From Vitrella brassicaformis CCMP3155 (taxonomy: Eukaryota > Protista > Chromerida): a stretch of DNA of 64,000 nt. Location of the stretch: positions 1 through 64,000 of the forward strand of contig CDMY01000335.1 in assembly GCA_001179505.1 (NCBI GenBank), in the 5' to 3' direction. Below are positions 36,529 to 50,099 of this stretch, piece after piece. The notes beneath the pieces were generated by a model, which searched no databases, was not told the origin of the DNA, and worked only from the letters and a program-made list of their open reading frames with translations. Within the stretch, counting starts at the first letter, position 1. Each line of letters begins with the position of its first letter. The translations under genes and the position numbers were made by a program.

Positions 36529-36641
36529 GCTCCTCCGTCTGCGAGCTTAGCCGCGGAGCCCTGTGAGGAGGAAGCTTCTGTTATCCGCAGTGATGATGCA
36601 TCCTTGAATCTGGAAGGAAGGATTGCCGCGAGAAGAGCAAG

Positions 36642-39600
36642 ATGGAGCACCCACAAGAGAAGACTCGAGCAGCAGGCGGCCAGGGAGCCTCGACAGCCAA
36701 GGAGAAGGGCACCAAGCGAGGCAACAGGCAGGCTGTCGCTGACCAGCTGTTCGAGTGCCTGCAAAGGGGCGATGTGGTGCAACTCGAGAAGCTGCTGGCG
36801 CAGCTGCCTGCCAAAGATCCCGCCGTCAACATGATGGTGGGTGAGCAGAGAGGAGAGCATCCATCCATCGGCAGCCAATCGCAACAAAACAAGAAAGATC
36901 CCCAACCCATCATACCGATTGATTGATTCCTTGTGTGCGTGTGTGTCTGTCTGGCAACTGACTGACTGACAGGATGCGTCGTTCAAGACGCCACTGATAC
37001 GTGCGGTTCTTGCGCGGGACTTCAGGGCCTTCCTGCTACTCCTGCGTGCGGGCGGCGACCCGTTCGCCCATGACGGTGATGGCCAGGCGCTGATGGACCA
37101 CTTGCTGCCCACTCTGCCGGCAGCCGACAGCAAGGAGGGCTACCTGGTGTCGTTCGGCAAGGCGTCAAACTACCTGTTGGGGTACCCGACAGCCGCTATC
37201 GATGTCACCGTCCCAAAGGTCGTCACGTTGGCCCTTCCTCCACATGGTCAGGGAAGGAGGGAACGAGGGAGGGAGGGAGCCTGGACTGCCCTTCATTAAA
37301 ACCCATCCATCCATCCATCCACTCGTTCTTCCCGTTGTGTATGTTGTCATCCATCCATCCATCCATCCACGATTCCATCAGGTGGTGGCAGTGCGTCGTC
37401 GTCATCGGCCTCCGGTTCCGCCCACCGTCACCGCTCACATGTCAAGGTGGCCCACATGAGCTGCGGCAAGTACCACAGCGCGGTCGTCACCAGCTGCGGC
37501 CGTGTCTTCGTGTGGGGGCTCGGGGGCCAAGGCCGACTCGGAGTGGGGCACTCGAGTGCTGTCCTGGAACCAAAGGCACTCAACACATTCGGGCCGCCCA
37601 CAGAGAGGAGGGCAGTGCAGGTAATTATGAGGCTGGCTGGGCAATGTTGGTGTGTTCGTTCCTTAGCAGGGAGGCAGGCAAGGCGACGTGTGTGTGTGTG
37701 TGTGTTTGGATGGATGTGTGTGTGTGTGCAGTTGAGTGTGGGTGAGGACCACTCGATGGTGCTCGCCCAGGACGTGCGCGGCTCTTACACAAACGTCTAC
37801 ACATGGTATGGTACCCACCACCGGCAGGCAGGCAGGCAAATGCAGACACCCCACGACATTCATCCGCGGCGGTGTCTGTCATTCATTTCATGAATAGGGG
37901 GTCCAATGGCTACCACCAGCTCGGTTATTCGACGCCCGGCAGCAAGGGATGCGCTAGCGACGACGGGGGGGTGGTGTGGCTGCCCAGCAAGGTGCGAGCA
38001 CTCAGGACTCTGGTCGTCCTCAGCGTCGCAGCCGGCAACCAACACAGCCTCGCGCTCACCAGCGACGGCCGCATGTTTGCATGGGGCTCCAATGCGCGCG
38101 GCCAGTGTGGGCTTGGTGCGGAATTCCCGTCGATCGAGACGCCTCGCGAGTGCCCCTCCCTGAGCGACACAGTGCGCAAGATATTCGCTTTGAATCTCTT
38201 GTCGGCGGCCATCAATAAGAATGGAGGTAGGGAGGGCTGGAAGCAGTTCAGCTGACTGCCTGACAATTCCTGCCTGTCTGTCTGTCTGATGTGTCTGTGT
38301 GTATTCAGATGTGTTTGTGTGGGGTGGCTCCCCCGTGGCGCTGGAGGGATCGCTTCAGACATCGTCCCTTCCGGCACACCTGAAGTCGCACATGGGGTAA
38401 TACCACGCACACACACGGAAGATGAGAAGCGCCGTTTAAGCACCACTCACTGGCCTTTGTGTTTGGGTGTCTGTCGGTTTGTTTGTTTGTTTTCGTTGGT
38501 TAGGTTCTTTCTGCCCACAAAGCTTCGGACACCGAAGAACACATCGCAGAGTGATGAGGGGGAGGGGCTGAGCCGCAGGCAGAGGTCCAGCATGGCCGCC
38601 CTGCCACCCTTCTCCACCGTGGCCCTCGGCAAACGGGTCGCACTGGGAGCAGCCATCGATGGCAGGTCGGTCACATATCTCCACCCATCCAACCATTCAT
38701 CCCTCCCGTCCATCCATCCTCTCCTACCTGCCCTGGTCTGTGTGTGATGTGAATGTGATTATCAGGTTGTTTGCATGGTCGGTGGTCAGCCGGCCATGCT
38801 ACGCCACGGCCGTCCGCTCCCTCCTGCACGTCAAGTCGGTGGCTGTCCAGGCCCAGCATCTTTTCGCTCTCCGCGACAACGGCATCCTCTACACCGCCAA
38901 GATACCAGACGTCGGCCTCAGCCCCGCACTCACCCCAGCAACCAAACACCCACCCTCACCCAAAGTCACGGCGACCTCGTCGACGAGTGCTGCTGCTGCT
39001 AGTGCTAGTGGCGGGGGTGGTGTGTCTGGCGGGGCACCGGCAGCTAGCGTGCCAGCGGTGGCCACGCCGCCGCACCGCCCGACGCCGGTGCCGATCGTTT
39101 GTGAGTTTCATCCATTGAGGACGCTGACGTGTGTGACGAGCATCGCGTGTGGGCCTCATCACATGTTGGCGGTGACCAATGTGGGCCGGCCAGCGAGGAT
39201 TGTCACTGGGTGGGTGCGAACACGTACAGACAGATGGCAGACAGAGGGACGGACGGACGGACGGACACCTGGCTTGATATTGATTGCGCGGTTGTGTTGT
39301 GTTTGTGTTGGTTGATTGCTCGCAGTGCTAGATCAGAGGAGGACGAGACGGCGACTGAGCCCAGCAACACAGATCACGATGACGACACCGAGTCGGAGAC
39401 CACCACCAACAGGGCGGCGTCGGAGCACACCAATTCCGCTGCACTGCACCAGCCACCCTCCCTCAAGCTCCTCTGCGAGGCCAAAGTCGCGCGCATGATC
39501 ACTCTCAGAAACGTGCTCGAAGTCGCGGTATGTGATGTGCCACCACACACATACACACGACTAAATGTGTGGACGGCTCAGTAAGCATCTCTCGCTCTCT

Positions 39601-42600
39601 CTGTGTGTGCGTGTTTTGACGGTCAGGATTTGGCTGAGACGGTTGGGTGCGAGGCTTTATTCGACTATGTGGTTCGTTTCCTGCTGGTCAATCTGCCCCA
39701 GTACCTCTCCTCCCAGTACTCCCACGTCATGCAGTCGCTGCCTCAGGTGGTGGCGGACGCAGTGCACCTCCAGCTCCAATACGACCTTCCCCCATCCACC
39801 ATCATGAGGGACCCCACATTTTCTGAGCGACTCAGGCGCGCCCAGCGCACATCGGGTGGTCGGCAAGGGGCAACACACGGCGGCGGGGACACGGCCTCTC
39901 CTCCCCCATTGCTGCGCTCCCCCCCGTTGGGCCATCGTCGCGACCCGCTGGATGACTTCTCCCTGGAGGACTCACCCGCCATTGCCGCTCTGGCCGACCC
40001 CCTGACGCTTTCCTCGCCGAATGGTGGGTCAGGGGATCTGACGCTGGCGGGCTTGCAGGAGAGCAGGGGAGAGACCCCCCAGCTGCGGACGCAGCCGTCC
40101 CCTCTGCAGTCGCCCCACGGCCTCTCGCCACGTGTTGCCGACGGCCGGCTGCAGCCACAGCAGCCCTCTGTCGACCTGTCGGACCAGATGGCGGTGTTCC
40201 GGCGGTATAGGCGTGTGCAGAAAAAGCTCAAGGAGATCAGGGGGCTCATGGAGAGAGGCGGAGTGTCCCCAAAAGTCGGGCCGTCATCCCCGCCCACAGA
40301 AGCACCAGCCGTACCAGAAGCAGAAGGCACCGCTGTTGCTGCTGCAGCAGCTGCTGCAGCGGCATCGTCGAGTAAGGCGTCTGAGGGCGAGAAGGGGGTT
40401 TCCCCTGAGGTGTCGGCCAAGATCGGGCAGCGGGCGGCTTTAGAGAAGGAGCTGCAGGAGCTGGCCTCCACGCTCCGTGAGGGATTCGGCTTCGACGTGG
40501 GCGAGCACGGCGCCTCCAAGGAGCAGCAGTACCGCAGCCGCACCTCCAATGGTGCTGCTGCTGATGTCACCGAGGCCGCCGCCCTGTCGCCGGCCAACGA
40601 TGCATCATCGCCCGAAAATGAGGGCGACCACATATTACCCCAGAAGGCCGTCAGGCCGCCCAGCCCTTCCCCCGCCCCCCTGCAACGTCCATCCTGGTCT
40701 GCCATCGCCTCCCTCCCAGCAAGAGACACACCGACAGCATCGACGGCAAAGATGAGCTGGCGTCAGGCGCTGTTCGGACAGGGAGATAATGCCGCCGACC
40801 AGCCGTCGGCTCCGTCATCGGCCTCACCCATGTTCCCCGACCTGAGGGACTCGCTGGGCATCAGCCACTCTGACAGGAGGCTCAGGCCGATTCCTGAGGA
40901 GACGGCGTCACAGCGGGAGACCAGCTCCACCAACGGCCCAGTGGCTGCTCCCGCAGAGAGGGAGGTTGAGCTGGAGGATATGCCCACCCCCAGGGTCGAT
41001 CCGGCCAATGCCGTCACACCATCGCCCGCTGCATGCCCATCGCCGCCCGACGATCTGTCGATGCAGGAGGACCAGTGGATCCAAGTGCAGAAGGGCAGCA
41101 AAAAGGGCAGTGGCAGTGGCAGTGGGGGTGCAAAGAAAGGGAGCGAAGAAAGGCAGCCCCAGACAGCAAGGTCACAAGTGGCGCCGAGAACGACTAGCGG
41201 CAGGAGCAGTGTCTTTGCGGCGGCTGCGGGCTCCAGCAAGGAGGGGAGTGCAGCGTCTGCTGTTCAGTCTGTCACGGATGGGACATTTGCCCTGTCGGAC
41301 TTCCTGGTCGTCAAGACCAAGAAAGGTCAGCCAGCTGACAACAAGTACATGCAGTACTGACACCCACATGACTGAACAAATGAATCGATGAATGGATGGA
41401 TGGATGGACCGGCGTGTTGTTACCCTTGGTTGTTTGTGGCATGCAGGGAAGGAGAAGCCGAAGGAGGGCCCGTCTGCCCTGCTGGCGTCTGCCATCGGAG
41501 AGGTCAAGTCGGGCGAGTCCTCTCCCGCATCCGCACAAGTCATCAAGAAGACGGCATGGGGCACTCCCGCCGTCGTCCCGCCCCCTCCTCCACACCCGGC
41601 AGCCTCTCCATCGCCACCCTCGCCCCCGTCAGCCAAGGCCAAGGCCCCTTCCGATGACTCACTGGCTCATCCCACTGACCCGCCGCCAACGCCATCAGAC
41701 GAGCAGCCGAGCGTTGCACCAGCGAGCGCGAGAAGCAGGGGCAGCAAGGTGGTGCCGTCAGTGAGTCTATCCGAGATCATGATGGAGCAGGAAGAGCAGC
41801 AGCAGCAGATGCAGCAGAGGATGGGCAATCGGACTGGCGCGGCGTCTGCCTGGGGGTCCCATCAGTCGAGTGCAGGCGCCCACGTGCCGCATCGACCGCC
41901 GGCGCATTCTGAGACGGCCAACAAGTGGGGGAAGGACCAGCTGGAGAAGATCACGGGCCAGCTCAAGACCGGCCCAGGACTGCAGGAAATCCAGGCAAGA
42001 ACGAGAGAGACAAACACGAACGCTCCCTCAATCGCATACAATGCATACATCATGTTTTTTCTTTCTTCTGGTTTCAATCTGTCTGTCTGTCTGTCTTGAT
42101 CCACCCACCAGGCGCAGCAGCAGGCTGACCGTGACATCCAGTTGTCCATCCAGCTGGCAGAAGAGCTGGCGAAATCGAATGAACCCCCACCAGCAGCCCC
42201 TCCACCCCCCGACTACAGCCACAATCGCGGCAGCCGCCCCAGACGCGACCGAGGCCGAGGTAGAGGCTCCCATACCGCCGCTGACGAGCACCCACCACCT
42301 CCAGCTGCAGCTGCAGCAGCAGCGGCAGCGGCAGCGGCGACGGGTGAGTCCCGCCATCGAGCGGGGAGGCGATCGTCACATGAGTTGGGGAGCGGCCTAG
42401 GTGACCACATGTCGAGAGGCGGCGGGTCGGGTGGGCGGCGGAGAGGCTCAAGGGACGAGAGTGCCCCGGCAGATAACAGCCACCCACACGTCCAGCCACA
42501 CCACGGCGATCACGACAATGAGAGGGGCCGTGGCGTTGGCGGTCGGCGGGGGAGGGGGACGGTAAGGAAGGTCTACCGGCCTAAGGCCACCAAGAACGGC

Positions 42601-42708
42601 GAGTGGGAGCCAAGCGGCAGCAGAGGGGACGCTGCAGCATCAGCTTCAGCATCACCGGCAGCAGAGGGCTTCTGGGGTGAGGACGAGGAGGGTGCTGGAG
42701 CTGAGTAG
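36642..42708 (+). CDS. IBTK/Btb1-like ankyrin + RCC1-repeat protein with BTB/BACK-like helix and low-complexity RG-rich tail
   Basis: Ankyrin-like FKTPLIRAV; RCC1 repeats (SCGKYHSAVV..WGLGGQGRLG, VAAGNQHSLAL..WGSNARGQCGLG, IACGPHHML); LKLLCEAKVARMITLRNVLE; RRVQKKLKEI coiled coil; SLSEIMMEQ motif; RG-rich C-terminus. Confidence 0.8.
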
Positions 42709-42840
42709 GGTGGCGGTGTGTGTGTGGTAGAGGGGTGGATGTAGACATGTAGACTGACACGTGGAGTGGTGTCTGTGGTTCCATTTGATTAGTGGGTGGG
42801 TCAGTGGGTGGCCGGATAATATGAGGAAGGAATTGACTAA

Positions 42841-42899
42841 GGATGGATGGATGGATGGAAGGAGGGATGGATGGATGGAAGGAGGGATGGATGGATGGA
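42841..42899. repeat. (GGAT)n/(GGAA/GGAG) microsatellite, representative of the many simple repeats in introns and UTRs
   Basis: ggatggatggatggatggaaggagggatgg... visible directly; similar (CA)n, (GA)n, (GACA)n and (GCAGT)n tracts occur in most introns. Confidence 0.9.
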
Positions 42900-43428
42900 G
42901 TGGTGGTGGGAGGGATAGACGGTCGGTTGGACGGAACGTCGATGTGTGCGTAATGAAACGTGGCTTGGTGTTGGTCTGTGCCTGGTGCACTCCTCGGTTC
43001 ACTCTCACAAAAGCAGACAGACAGACGGCTATACGATTGTTTGACCAACCACCGAACCGAACCAGGCAAAATACATCTCCACCATATGGTGATGCTGACA
43101 AATGCAGTCACCCCACGATTGACAGATCGACAGACGAGTCTCCCTTAATCACAGACAGACAGACAGACAGACCGACAGACGAACGAGTTGCAATACCTAT
43201 AGCAGACGGACGACCAACCGACAAGGCCGACAACTACAAAACACCACCGACCCGCTAATGCCACCCATACATATCGATGACCGACGAGATGAGTGTCATG
43301 TTTGCTATCGCCGAAAGGCAGATGAGTGGCCGGCCGGACAGATATGCAACCAACTGCCTGCCTGCCTGCCGCCACGCACCATGCGAACTCCTCCCTGTCT
43401 CTCTCTCTATGCCATTTCGGTTGCTCAC

Positions 43429-44484
43429 TTATTGTCCCGACACGAGCATTCTCTTGGGGTGGCCGGGGCCCGCCCACCAATACGCCTCCCGCGAGAAAAC
43501 ATTCTTGATGAGGGGCCAGAACTTGTCGATAGGATAGGACGCGTAGGCCCCGTCGAAGGCCTTCTCGTCCCAGTCGGCACAGAAGTGGACGCAGGCGTCG
43601 TAGGCAGGATGGCCCTTGAATGCCTGATTACAGACAGACAGACGGACGGATACATGGATGGAGATCGATCTGGTGCGTCGTGTGAGCGAACAACTTAACT
43701 TACGTCTCTTAGGTTGGGGTCGCCGTCAAAGTGATGGATGTAGTGGTAGGCCTGCACAACCCATGCCATGCACCAACCATCCATCCATCCATACGTCAGC
43801 GTGACACAGCTGCCTGCCTCCCTGCCTGCGTGATTGCCTGCCTGCACACCTGGAATATCTCATGGTGGGCGAGGACCCAGTAAGTGTCCTCTGACACAAA
43901 CGGCCGCAACACGGCAGCAGGGATCTCACCTGATCGAACACCAAATGAATCAAACAGACAATCAGACAGACAGACAGTGCCTGTCTCTCCCTCCCTCCCT
44001 CCCTCCCTCCCTCCCCTCCGTCCGCTACCTACCGTGATTCTTGGGGCAGAGCAGCTCGCCAACGTCATGAAACAGGGACGCGACGACCATCTCTTCGCTC
44101 GCGCCGTCCTTCATGGCGCGCGTGGCGGTCTGCAAACCTGCAAAACAACAGGACATCCACATGGATGTATGTTAAATGTAGGTGTGTGTGTCCGTCCGTT
44201 GGTTGGGTGCTGACCGTACCGTGGTCGTAGAGCGAGACCTGGGTGCCCAGCTTGGTGTCATCTCCCCTCTGCGTCTCGAGCAGTGCCACCAGCCGCCTCC
44301 AGCTGTCCTTCTCGGCTGCAGCGTACAGCGCACCCACCTTCTGCATCTCCGCCCGAGAGGCGCCAGACAGGTGAATGAACTTGGGCTCCGGCACGGCAAC
44401 GGATGAGTGTGGACGGGCTGCTGGTAGGGATATCGACTGGGCCCTTCTGTAGACTGCTGCTGCCGCCTTCTGCGTGTTCATCAT
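43429..44484 (-). CDS. HD-domain metalloenzyme of bacterial 'predicted HD phosphohydrolase' type, PhnZ-related fold
   Basis: Spliced product VSLYDHG|LQTATRAMKDGASEEMVVASLFHDVGELLCPKNHG|EIPAAVLRPFVSEDTYWVLAHHEIFQ|AYHYIHH..|PFKGHPAYDACVHFCADWDEKAFD; H..HD..H..HH..D metal-ligand pattern present (HD at 44064-44069). Confidence 0.85.
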
Positions 44485-44745
44485 ACCACAGACAGGAGGG
44501 CTGTGAGGCACTGCGATGAGCGACGCGCAAATTGGCGCCGCGTCTTTGAGATGAACCTTCGGTGGAGAATAAATGAAAAGAGGGTTTTTGTCCCTTCCTC
44601 CACGACGGGCGGTTTCACGGAATGCGAGCGTAGCTGAGAGGTGCAGCCAAAGCCAACCGATCTCAGAAGAAGGCGCACTTATGTTGAGGAGAAGGCGCTT
44701 TTGACAAGGAGCTTGGCCGCTGCTCTGCTGAAGATCAGCTTAGCA

Positions 44746-47605
44746 ATGAAGAGCCAGTGCGGCGCCATCATCTGCATCATGTGCATCATTGTGGTGTGGC
44801 TGACGATGGCCGAGTTGGTCCAAGGCATCGAAGGCCACTACACCAAGCCCTATCTCCTCACCTTTATCGCACACAGCGCATACGCCTTCTGTCTGCCCCT
44901 GTGGTTCCTCTGGCGCATGTACCACTACTTCAAGGACCGATGGAAGGAGCGAAAGGACGGGTTGGGGGAGACCGGCAAGGCGGCCGGCGCCGCGAGTGCG
45001 CGGTCCTGGCGGCACGGCGGCAGATCGGCTGGCTCGAGCAGCTCGCGACTGGGCAAGCTTGAAGGGAAGGGGGGGCATGCGCATCCGCATCACCACCACC
45101 ACTCAGTGCCGCCCAAGATCGGCTACTTCAATTGGTGCTATTTCTTCGGGGCATCCATACCTATTGGTGGGGGCGCACTTAACTTACGGGAGGGAGGGAG
45201 GGAGGGAGGGTCAGCTCGCGACGGTCTGTCTGTCTGTCTTCTGTCTGTCTGTGTGTATGTGCGGCATTTGTGGTTCAGGTATTTTGGCTTTTGTTTCGGG
45301 CTGGTTCTGGTGAGTGAAATGATGCTGGCAGACACACAGACAGACAGACAGACGGATATCTTCTTTTCTTGTGTGAGGTCCTTTTGGTGCTTGCAGGTAT
45401 CTCTCTCTGCCACGCACAAGCGTAAGCACACACAATCCGCTTCGATCCGTCCGTCCGTCCATCGATCCATCTGTGTCTTTGAGTGCCGTGCAGGTGTCTG
45501 GGAACACGGCCATCTACCAGTCGTCGTGCACGATGGTCTACCTCATCTCGATCTTTGTCCTCAAGGAGCGCGTCACGTGGCTCAAGTCGGCATCCGTCAC
45601 CGTTTCCTTCCTCGGCGTCCTCTTCATCTCATTCTTCCCGGGAAACGCCGGCACGGAGGAGCCCTCACGATCGCTCAGGAGAGACCTCTTCTACTATAGC
45701 GAGCTGCCTGTGCACCCGATGGTGCGGAGGAAAGGCAGGTCGGTGGCGTGGGGGTGGGGTGAGGGCGGCGTTGGGAGGCAGCTTGTGACGGAGAGTGAGG
45801 TGGGCGGTGTGGAGGGAATAGTCACGAGGGCCGGGGGGGACGACTGGGACATCGATGACACGGGAGAGGAGCCAATCCACCCGTCGCTGTTCGGTGCGTG
45901 TGGAAAAAAGGACGAGTGGCTGCTCTGCTGCTGGGTACACACTTGCAGGTTTTGATTGCCTTGCCTTCCGTTGGTGCGGTACACAGGGTATGGGATGTGT
46001 TTTCTCAGTATGGTCTTATATGCTTGCTATGAGGTAGGATGGCAGGGCAGGCATGGCATCCAACACACACACTTGCACTACAGCCACAGAGCATACGTGT
46101 GCGGCGTGCCGTGCATGGCATGGACACCTGACGTGACGGTCGGTTGGTGTCCCTCCCTCTGTGTGTGTGCTGGGCTGGTGCAATGCGACCTATTTAGGTG
46201 TTTTACAAGAAGTGGGCCTCGCATGCCGGCGACCCCTACCCACTTGCAAGTAAGGAAGCACTCCTTTTCATCACCTCACCTCCACACGGCAAGCAAGGAC
46301 CGGCAGTGCAGTCCCACCCCACACAATTGCCTTCCTTCGCCTTGCCTGCTTGCTGTGCGCCTCGATATATCAGATTCGTTGAGGTTTCTCGGTCTCATGG
46401 GTAAGCCTGCCACACACATGCCACTAGACAGACAATACACGACACTTGCCCAGTGCTCTCACTCACTCTCAACGCCTGTCTCTCTCTTTCTGCCTGTGTG
46501 GATCGATGGCCATCGATGGAATGCAATCTAATCCAATCCATGGCTGCCTGCAGGCTGTTCGACGCTGTTGTTTGCCGGGCCGCCGATCCTGATCCTGGAT
46601 CTTTTCCCCCACTGGGGTGAGAGCTTCGAGCTGCCCAAGGGAGAGGGGGCGAGACTGATCGTGCTGCTCGCCTCACTGGACACGCTATTCAACCTCTTCC
46701 TGCTCTTCGCTATCATGCTCTCATCACCCCTCTTCACGTCGATCGGGTTGGTTTGTGTGGCCGACGGATGAACGGATGGATGGATGGATGGGGTGGCACA
46801 TTGGCCGGCACTGCCTGCCTTTGGTCGGTGTGTGTTGGCTGTGCTGTGCACAGGTGTCTGTTGCTGCTTCCGGCGTCGGTCTTCTCTGACTTGTTGATAC
46901 ACCATGTGAGCAAAGCAGGAACCAGATAGACAGACAGACAGACAGACAGAAGGACAGGAGCTTGCTGATTGATGGCCGGCCATTTAACATTCACCCTTTC
47001 TTTCGTTCACATCTGTCTGTCTGTCTGTCTATGTGGTGTGGGTGCAGTATCGTCTGCCCTTCCCGGCCCTTATCGGTGTCGGCTTCATTCTCCTGGGCTT
47101 CATCGGTCAGTTTGTTGTGTTGTGGACACAAACGCACTTCCGCACACCGCACCGATATGATCGTATGTCCTCACGCTGCCACCTCTTGTCGCCTTGTCAC
47201 CCCACCCACACAGGCTTCACGATCTCCGAGATGCGTGACGGCGACACACTCTATGAGTACGAAGTCCTCCCCACCCCCGACAACAGGTCTCTCCGGGGCA
47301 AGCAAGTGGCGCCGCTGAGCGACGCGGGCGGCTTCCTGCCCTTCGCACACACCAGCACAGTCCGAGAGCAGCTCAATGGCCGTCCGCATCCGCACGAGAA
47401 CGGCCCCACGGTGATCGGCAAGGCGACAAATGAGACCGAGTTGGACGATTTCGGTGCCTTTGACGTGCCGGAGTGGGGCGATATTGCTGACTATGACGAT
47501 GAGGGCGAAGGCGATGAGCAATCTGATGAGGATGACCTTGAGCTCGACGACGAGGACCTGATCGACCACCTGGAGGCCTCGCAAGTCAGTGTTATCAGGG
47601 AATGA
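44746..47605 (+). CDS. SLC35F/THI74-like DMT-superfamily membrane transporter
   Basis: IVVWLTMAELVQ..YTKPYLLTFIAHS, NTAIYQSSCTMVYLISIFVLKERVTWLK, LDTLFNLFLLFAIMLSSPLFTSIGL, ALIGVGFILLGFI; acidic C-tail. Confidence 0.85.
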
Positions 47606-48668
47606 AGAAATGGCTGACTGACTGACAAACAGACAGGGAACAAAGGGCTCGCAAGTGAGTGGGATGGCGGGTCAATCAATGGGTCGGTCGACCGATCGGT
47701 CGGGTGAGGAGGGCGGCGGGCTGGGGTGTGCACGTGATGTGATACTCTCGGTGCTGTTGGTCTCTGCCGACCCTTTCATTGGATCAGAGGTTCCAAACAC
47801 AGCCAGGCCGTAGCCAGGCGAATATGTGGTCGGTCAGTCATTCATTTGCAAAACTTCATGATCGATGACTTGATTTGACGGCGGCAATTCAATTGGAAGC
47901 GAGCTGGGGTGCCCCGCCCATACACATGTGTGCATAAGCAGCAAGCACTATACACAGCCCACGTATTCCTTCACCGCACCACGCATGCTTGTTACCCGTA
48001 TTTGTGTTTGTCTCGGCAATCAATCAAGTCATGCGGACGTCGCCTGCACGAACAAGACATGTGCACGCCCAGCAGAGATCACTGGAACGGTTGGTTACCA
48101 ACGATGTGCAGACAAATGCGCAATGTGACCGGATGGCTCGCTTGCGAGATCACTCTCACCCCCACCCGCTTGACTACATGGGGCTCACGGCGGAGACATC
48201 ATCAGAACACACGTGTCCGTCAGTGCACTATAGATCTACCCCTATGACCCTCATGCGTACGACAATCAGAGATCACAGATCACGATTTTGGCATAAAGCG
48301 AAGCCACCACACAGAATCATTCAGACAGAAAGACCAAGTCTGGGTGTCCGTCCGTCCACGTGCGGCATGACTACATCAGCTACACAACGCAGCACGCACC
48401 GCATGAAAGAGTCATCTGTCTGTGCTACACACATATTCTGCACACCTCGATTGTCCGGAGAGCGAGCCAATGCGGCGAAAAAGGACACTCACTGACGTGT
48501 GCGTCGTATTCATTATTCGCCACGTCACGTGAAGCAGCACACGCACACCACCTCTCGATCAGCTAACCAGCCCCTAGACTCCCTCCCTCCGCTCCCTCCG
48601 TCCGTCATATTAATTACATACATACCGATGGATCTATCGACTAAACATCCCGTCCACCGCCCCACCCA

Positions 48669-49525
48669 CTAGAGCTCGTCTTCCTCCTCCTCCTCTTCAT
48701 CTTCCTCCTCACCGGGGCCCTTCTTGCTGTTGTTGATGTCCAGCAGCTCTACCTCGAACACCAGGGTCGCGCCACCCGGGATCTTTGGAGGCGCACCTAA
48801 TTAATTAGGCAAACAACCGGATAGAGAGAGAGACAGGAGGGAAGGCCATCTTTGGATTGGCGTCGCCGGTGTGTGTGTGTGTGTGTGTGTGTGTGTTGTC
48901 ACCCCTGTCGCCGTATCCGAGTCCAGACGGGATGGTCAGCTTCCTCTTTTCGCCAATGCACATATTTTGCAGCCCGTTGTCCCAGCCCTTGATCACCTGA
49001 CCCACGCCGAGAGTGAACTGACACGCACACACACACACACACATACATACACGAGCACAGCCATTGTGGCTCAGTCAGTCTGTGCAGCGATACACGCAGC
49101 TCAGCTCACCTCAAACGGCTTGTTTCTGCCTCGGGACGAGTCGAATTCGCTCCCGTCTTTGCGCAAAGTGCCGACGTAGTGCATCTTGAGCTTGTCGCCA
49201 GATTTGCTCCTGCAGTTGCAAACACGTCGTGAAGGTCGGACCTTTTTCTCTCTCTCTCTGTGCACATCTGTATCAGATTCTCTCCTACTTGACAGTGCAC
49301 TCTGTCTCGGGCACTTTGTGCTTGACGCCGATCCGAAGCTGCGCACGCACACACACCAAAGACAGCACAGCAGAAGGACGTGTTCTCCTCCCTGCGCGCC
49401 AGCGTTGCCGCGTGGTGTTGGCAGGCGCATACCGGTGCGTCGGCAGGCAGATCTTCCTTCGAAGCGGCCCCGAGAGAGGCGAGAAGGAAGATAGCGCAAG
49501 TGAGCAGCATCGCTGAGGACGGCAT
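48669..49525 (-). CDS. FKBP2: ER-luminal FKBP-type peptidyl-prolyl isomerase (FKBP2/FKBP13-like)
   Basis: Signal peptide, [40 protein letters not shown]|[39 protein letters not shown]|[18 protein letters not shown]; C-terminal EDEL retention signal. Confidence 0.95.
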
Positions 49526-50099
49526 CCTCTCCGTTTGTTGAGTCGCCACGTCGAACCCTAGTAGCCCCGAACCCTAGCCTCGAAACCCTGGTGCGGGAGA
49601 CGGGGTGATAGTCTGTCAGTTTCATGTATTGCAAATCAAACAACTGCTGACGCCCGTTCCCCTCCACACACACACGTACACACAAAACCGTCAGTCAACC
49701 AATGTGTCCGCACCCCACACAGACGGACAGACACATACACACACCCACCTCCCTCGCTCCCCACCCACCCCATACACATTGCGCCTCCCGCTGCTCTGCA
49801 CACACACTAATCTCACTGACTCTAACTATAATATGGATTATACGCAACGTTCGGTGATGCGGTACGATCTTCCTGCCTGCCTGCCCGCGGCCGTCTCGAT
49901 TGACGGCATACACAGCACACGTTTCGTTTGGAAAATGAACAAACACGCACACACGCACACATACGACCGACAAGTGCAGTTCAGTAAGTCGATCGACCAA
50001 AGTGCACCCCTCCTCTCTCCCTCCTCTCCTCTTAAACACACATCCCGCCATCCTTGTCTGTGTGGGAATGGCTCAGTCAGTCGAATTGCACGCTGCCCG

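Noticed and set aside
47808-47816. ccgtagcca matches part of the dinoflagellate spliced leader
   Set aside because: Only 9 nt match; the following TTTTGGCTCAAG is absent.
47928-48495. Cys-containing ORFs between SLC35F and FKBP
   Set aside because: No signal peptide or family motif and no consistent splice model; likely 3' UTR or intergenic DNA.
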